A stretch of DNA of 64,000 bases from Leucoraja erinacea (lineage: Eukaryota): assembly GCF_028641065.1 (NCBI RefSeq), contig NC_073396.1, positions 8,804,001 through 8,868,000 on the forward strand. Direction: 5' to 3'. Within the stretch, counting starts at the first letter, position 1; every line of letters starts with the position of its first letter. A program made the translations under genes and the position numbers. The notes under the pieces were generated by a model. It was not told where the DNA came from. It was given only the letters and a program-made list of their open reading frames with translations, and searched no databases. Shown one piece after another: positions 62,901-64,000 of this stretch.

Positions 62901-63127
62901 AACTTGTGCTTCCCACAAATAAAGTTTATTACGATGTTCTGCCCCGTTTCTTTGGGTGGGGAGATAGCTTTCTGCTGATTTAGATATTAAATATGTCCAG
63001 CAACTTGTTTATTTATCAGCTCATCTTAATTTGTCTGCAGAGAAGAAAATGAGTGGAACGAAACAGCAAGTCGCTCGGCCAGAAGCTCCTCCTGTTTCTC
63101 CAAAATGTGTTTACTGCAATCAAACTT
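28176..63127 (+). CDS. C16orf96: C16orf96/QRICH2-family (DUF4795-type) coiled-coil protein; 16 coding exons found, 3' end beyond the window (~659 aa here)
   Basis: Family N-terminal motif (LNELVNLSIGTPEVGVCNFNALHALLHGILEHL) and C-terminal motifs KADK..LESKVSR, LDRMELDPLKKQLEDRW, FKCLSC, RPCGGSHT, GIDGVMYKGR. All exons join in frame. The gene is head-to-head with CDIP1, like human C16orf96; the symbol rests on this synteny plus recalled similarity. Confidence 0.8.
29128..29418 (-). mobile_element. Young CR1 3' end
   Basis: Near identity to the 3' end of the 30315-33486 element. Confidence 0.85.
30315..33486 (+). mobile_element. CR1-clade (HER1-like) LINE, 5'-truncated, near-complete ORF2 with frameshifts
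   Basis: Probable ORF1 C-terminus (GTSILAGRFATATRVALN*), then ORF2 APE endonuclease (NARSI, TETW, VYRPP, GDFN, SDH) and RT (DFQKAFD, GVPQGS, FADD). Frameshifts occur near 32070 and 33070; tail is (TTTCTATG)n. Confidence 0.93.
30601..33395 (+). pseudogene. CR1 ORF2 endonuclease/reverse transcriptase, frameshifted
   Basis: ORFs 30601..32103 and 32076..33083 overlap in different frames; the C-terminus continues in further frames to ...AGTGY*. Confidence 0.85.
33930..34013 (+). CDS. C16orf96: C16orf96-like exon 2
   Basis: ttttttcag|AMGSLQELMNAINLLTSNHENMKKDLEK|gtaagt, phase 0. Confidence 0.85.
34085..34404 (-). mobile_element. HE1-like V-SINE
   Basis: Reverse-complement copy. Confidence 0.8.
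36584..36631 (+). CDS. C16orf96: C16orf96-like exon 3
   Basis: ttttcag|LQQSKTRNTEETTRKL|gtgagt, 48 nt, phase 0. Confidence 0.7.
37060..37576 (-). mobile_element. Non-autonomous Helitron
   Basis: The minus strand starts A|TC and ends with hairpin GGGACCC-AAC-GGGTCCC shortly before CTAG|T. There is no TSD. Removing it restores a TTTATTRTCATATGTC-type repeat seen intact elsewhere in the window. Confidence 0.8.
37882..37968 (+). CDS. C16orf96: C16orf96-like exon 4
   Basis: attag|SNFEDALNNLPDPKDFVLWNTVQTMLNKE|gtgagt. Confidence 0.85.
38570..38842 (-). mobile_element. HE1-like V-SINE
   Basis: Reverse-complement copy. Confidence 0.72.
39360..39758 (+). mobile_element. Young CR1 3' end
   Basis: [12 protein letters not shown]...AGTGY* plus 3' UTR and TTTCTATG tail. 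Confidence 0.85.
40301..40384 (+). CDS. C16orf96: C16orf96-like exon 5
   Basis: cttag|LDYNSKISLLALQPELMELETNDEGQKV|gtaagt. Confidence 0.7.
40795..41200 (+). mobile_element. CR1 3' fragment (diverged subfamily)
   Basis: SLEFRRLRG...RNFFTQRVVNLWNS ORF2 C-terminus. Confidence 0.8.
41222..41262. repeat. (CA)n microsatellite
   Basis: About 20 CA units. Confidence 0.95.
41929..42233. mobile_element. PIF/Harbinger-like MITE
   Basis: ~45-bp TIRs GCCCTGTCCCACGGTACGAATTCATTCCAAGAG... / ...CTCTTGGAATGAACTTGTACCGTGGGACGGGGC; related copy at 52187-52507. Confidence 0.75.
43493..43745 (-). mobile_element. HE1-like V-SINE
   Basis: Reverse-complement copy. Confidence 0.75.
44030..44970 (+). mobile_element. 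Older CR1 3' fragment interrupted by a Penelope-like 3' end (44533-44812, minus)
   Basis: QLYKTLVRPHLEYCVQFW...; ACAGGTACATG(A/G)ATAG repeated on both sides of the insert. Confidence 0.75.
44985..45282 (+). mobile_element. HE1-like V-SINE
   Basis: Same tRNA head, V-domain and tail. Confidence 0.82.
45932..45959 (-). ncRNA. Minimal hammerhead ribozyme core with canonical CUGAUGA
   Basis: Minus strand CTGATGA-A-GGGTC-TG-GACCT-GAAA-CGTC. Confidence 0.55.
46738..46867 (+). CDS. C16orf96: C16orf96-like exon 6
   Basis: ttaag|PSAQRTPALTALHQLSQLPTLHESLKIRVDLLEEELKRQMEEL|gtcagc, ends phase 1. Confidence 0.75.
46996..47023 (+). ncRNA. Minimal hammerhead ribozyme core in a Penelope-derived repeat (representative copy)
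   Basis: CTGAAGA-A-GGGTC-TC-GACCC-GAAA-CGTC; stem I is only about 2 bp. Confidence 0.6.
47510..49097 (+). repeat. Local direct duplication of ~395 bp (47510-47905 and 48699-49097)
   Basis: Both copies run from AGTCTCAAAATCAATTGTG to CAATGGTTCAATTATAT with few differences. Confidence 0.9.
48381..48680 (+). mobile_element. HE1-like tRNA-derived V-SINE
   Basis: A box TGGCGCAGCGG, B box GGTTCGATCC, V-domain-like core and CR1-shared tail GAAGGGCCT...CTGTAT. Confidence 0.85.
49713..49798 (+). CDS. C16orf96: C16orf96-like exon 7
   Basis: ttttcag|(E)KKGVPDDLLMRLDLLENGAQIQQNENSQ|gttata; phase 1 in, phase 0 out. Confidence 0.78.
51443..51544 (+). CDS. C16orf96: C16orf96-like exon 8
   Basis: attag|DRELLAALKRKLEEMEEDFEGRLAVLQADHDELQ|gtgatc. 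Confidence 0.82.
51719..51793 (+). CDS. C16orf96: C16orf96-like exon 9
   Basis: gtag|GILEKLDQLEEKKVDKEFLEMEING|gtaagg. Confidence 0.87.
52187..52507. mobile_element. PIF/Harbinger-like MITE
   Basis: TIRs GGCCTGTCCCACTGTACG / CGTACAGTGGGACAGACC; interior similar to 41929-42233. Confidence 0.75.
52900..53438 (-). mobile_element. Two adjacent HE1-like V-SINE copies
   Basis: Partial copy at ~52900-53080 and fuller copy at ~53145-53438. Confidence 0.75.
53484..54600 (+). mobile_element. Penelope-like retroelement 3' remnant (GIY-YIG endonuclease plus terminal repeat with hammerhead core), interrupted at ~54205-54528
   Basis: FTCTSSNLTYCIRCSRCQPLYIRETGHRLGDRFAEH...VAQHFN...RKLEEQHLIFRLGNLLPSSMNIDFSNFK* is the PLE GIY-YIG C-terminus. 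It is followed by CTGACGAAGGGTCTCGATCCGAAACGTC. Confidence 0.85.
53859..53904. repeat. Poly(C) run (others at ~19113-19134 and 40402-40428)
   Basis: Homopolymer seen directly; it has expanded within the GIY-YIG remnant. Confidence 0.9.
54710..54874 (+). CDS. C16orf96: C16orf96-like exon 10 (DUF4795-type core)
   Basis: ccag|KADKKSLESKVSRTLLDATAQQLNAMMQELLNKVCAQEKDWQKVLEKLLCDMDCK|gtaaca. Confidence 0.92.
56201..56319 (+). CDS. C16orf96: C16orf96-like exon 11
   Basis: ttgcag|LDRMELDPLKKQLEDRWKQLKKQLRNGPGFEADSAAGFR|gtgagt, phase 2. Confidence 0.92.
56923..56985 (+). CDS. C16orf96: C16orf96-like exon 12
   Basis: tttcag|(K)QLLERFKCLSCAKSTRMMPG(P)|gtaagt. Confidence 0.9.
57845..58130 (+). mobile_element. 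HE1-like V-SINE
   Basis: Same family. Confidence 0.82.
58583..58672 (+). CDS. C16orf96: C16orf96-like exon 13
   Basis: tttcag|HLITIAASALHPRIRPTTAPELDSLKQQR|gtatgt. Confidence 0.85.
58939..59406. mobile_element. Non-autonomous DNA transposon, hAT-like TIRs, 6-bp TSD
   Basis: TAGAGTTGTCAAC ... GTTGGCAACCCTA flanked by GTGTGT; subterminal GGGACA repeats; GC-rich interior. Confidence 0.7.
59451..59630 (-). mobile_element. Short non-autonomous non-LTR retroelement with 5' HDV-like ribozyme and (GAA)n tail
   Basis: TSD A(C/T)GATAGAACTT at 59439-59450 / 59631-59642; minus-strand 3' end ...AAACGCAAGAAG(AAG). Confidence 0.75.
59563..59630 (-). ncRNA. HDV-like (CPEB3-type) self-cleaving ribozyme fold
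   Basis: The minus strand reads GGGGCTC A TGTTGTCG ACC TCCCCGT GGT GAGCCCT GTCA ACTGA TC TCAGT CAGG CGAA CGACAACA. This gives P1 of 7 bp with G1-U, P2 of 8 bp perfect, P3/L3, a short P4 and J4/2 GGCGAA. Confidence 0.85.
60328..60880 (+). mobile_element. Young CR1 3' end
   Basis: Open 134-aa ORF2 C-terminus, nearly identical to 32940-33486; (TTTCTATG)n tail. Confidence 0.88.
61174..61333 (+). CDS. C16orf96: C16orf96-like exon 14
   Basis: tttag|SMTNDYYETMGRSSIRPCGGSHTVTGPVSRRNGRGINYQTVYQYGDPSPPYRR|gtaaat. Confidence 0.87.
61440..61937 (+). mobile_element. CR1 3' fragment
   Basis: CVQFWSPN... region plus 3' UTR and TTTCTATG tail. Confidence 0.8.
62044..62143 (+). CDS. C16orf96: C16orf96-like exon 15
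   Basis: ttttag|EEVELQGIDGVMYKGRLDPKLPTIYQMQDDEPL|gtataa. Confidence 0.88.
63041..63127 (+). CDS. C16orf96: C16orf96-like exon 16 (gene continues beyond window)
   Basis: ctgcag|(E)KKMSGTKQQVARPEAPPVSPKCVYCNQT|gtaagt; phase matches exon 15; no stop codon. Confidence 0.72.
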
Positions 63128-63169
63128 GTAAGTAATTCCTTCCGGTTGTTGTGTTGTTTAACTTAATTT

Positions 63170-63481
63170 TTTAGTTTAGTTTAGAGATACAGCGAGGAAA
63201 CGGGCCCTTTCGGCCCACCGGGTCCGCGCCGACCAGTGATCCCCGCACATTAATACTATCCCATACCCACTAGGGACCATTTTTACATCTACCAAGCCAA
63301 TTAACCTACATACCTGTATGTCTTTGGAGTGTGGAAGGAAACCGAAGATCTCAGAGAAATCCCACTCATGTCACGGGGAGAACGTGCAAACTCCGTACAG
63401 ACAGCACCCGTAGTCAGGATCGAACCCGGGTCTCTGGCACTGCATTCGCTGTAATGCAGCACCTCTACCGCTGTGCCACCG
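63170..63481 (-). mobile_element. HE1-like V-SINE
   Basis: Reverse-complement copy with (TTTAG)n tail. Confidence 0.82.
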
Positions 63482-63794
63482 TTAACTGTTCTTTAACTAT
63501 TGATGTCTATGAACAAAGTAATCCCTTTCTGAACTGTACCAACTGGTTATGATCCACACGGGGAGAACGCACTTACCCCGCACGGTGTGATGGAGCCAAT
63601 GTGTGTATTAACACGGACTCTTCCACACATGGGACAGGGTGGGTGGGTAGTTACATTGTGAGTGTGGGGTGCTTTTTCCACTGCTGACACTGAGCTTCCG
63701 TGTAGTGACGTCGAGTCATACAGCGTGGAAACAGGCCCTTCAGCCATCAACCCATCACCACCCACACCATGTTATCCCACATTCTCTCCATAGC

Positions 63795-64000
63795 CTCAAA
63801 AAGGCTGCCAGCATCATCAAGGACCCACACCATCCTGGCCACTCACTCATCTCCCTGCTGCTTTCAGGTAGAAGGTGCAGGAACCTGAAGACTGCGACAT
63901 CCAGGTTCAGGAATACGTTCTTCCCCACAGCCATCAGGCTATTAAACTCAACTCAAACAAAACTCTGAACATTAATAACCAATTGCACTTTATCTTTATC
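63795..64000 (+). mobile_element. Rex1/Babar-like LINE 3' fragment (similar pieces at ~8460-8840 and ~58750-58860)
   Basis: KKAASIIKDPHHPGHSLISLL.SGRR.RNLKTATSRFRNTFFPTAIRLLN C-terminal signature. Confidence 0.6.

Overview
Vertebrate genomic DNA, most likely from a cartilaginous fish (skate/ray/shark), inferred from abundant HE1-type V-SINEs and HER1/CR1-type LINEs. Three spliced protein-coding genes were reconstructed by hand with consistent GT-AG boundaries and reading phases. POLR3K is on + (3 exons, 108 aa). CDIP1 is on - (4 coding exons, 212 aa), convergent with POLR3K, with a CpG promoter near 24.0-24.4 kb. A C16orf96/QRICH2-family (DUF4795-type) gene is on + (at least 16 coding exons, running off the right end), divergent from CDIP1. 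Introns are packed with mobile DNA: one ~3.2 kb CR1 LINE with near-intact ORF2, many CR1 3' ends, V-SINEs, Penelope-like (GIY-YIG) remnants, PIF/Harbinger- and hAT-like MITEs, and a non-autonomous Helitron. The most notable signal is RNA-structural. Two unrelated short (about 140 and 180 bp), TSD-flanked, (GAA)n-tailed retroelements each begin at the first nucleotide of a complete HDV/CPEB3-like ribozyme fold. In addition, about a dozen Penelope-derived short repeats carry minimal hammerhead ribozyme cores, several as TSD-flanked inverted pairs. All structures were folded by eye; no activity or database search could be tested. Repeat boundaries are approximate unless TSDs are given.
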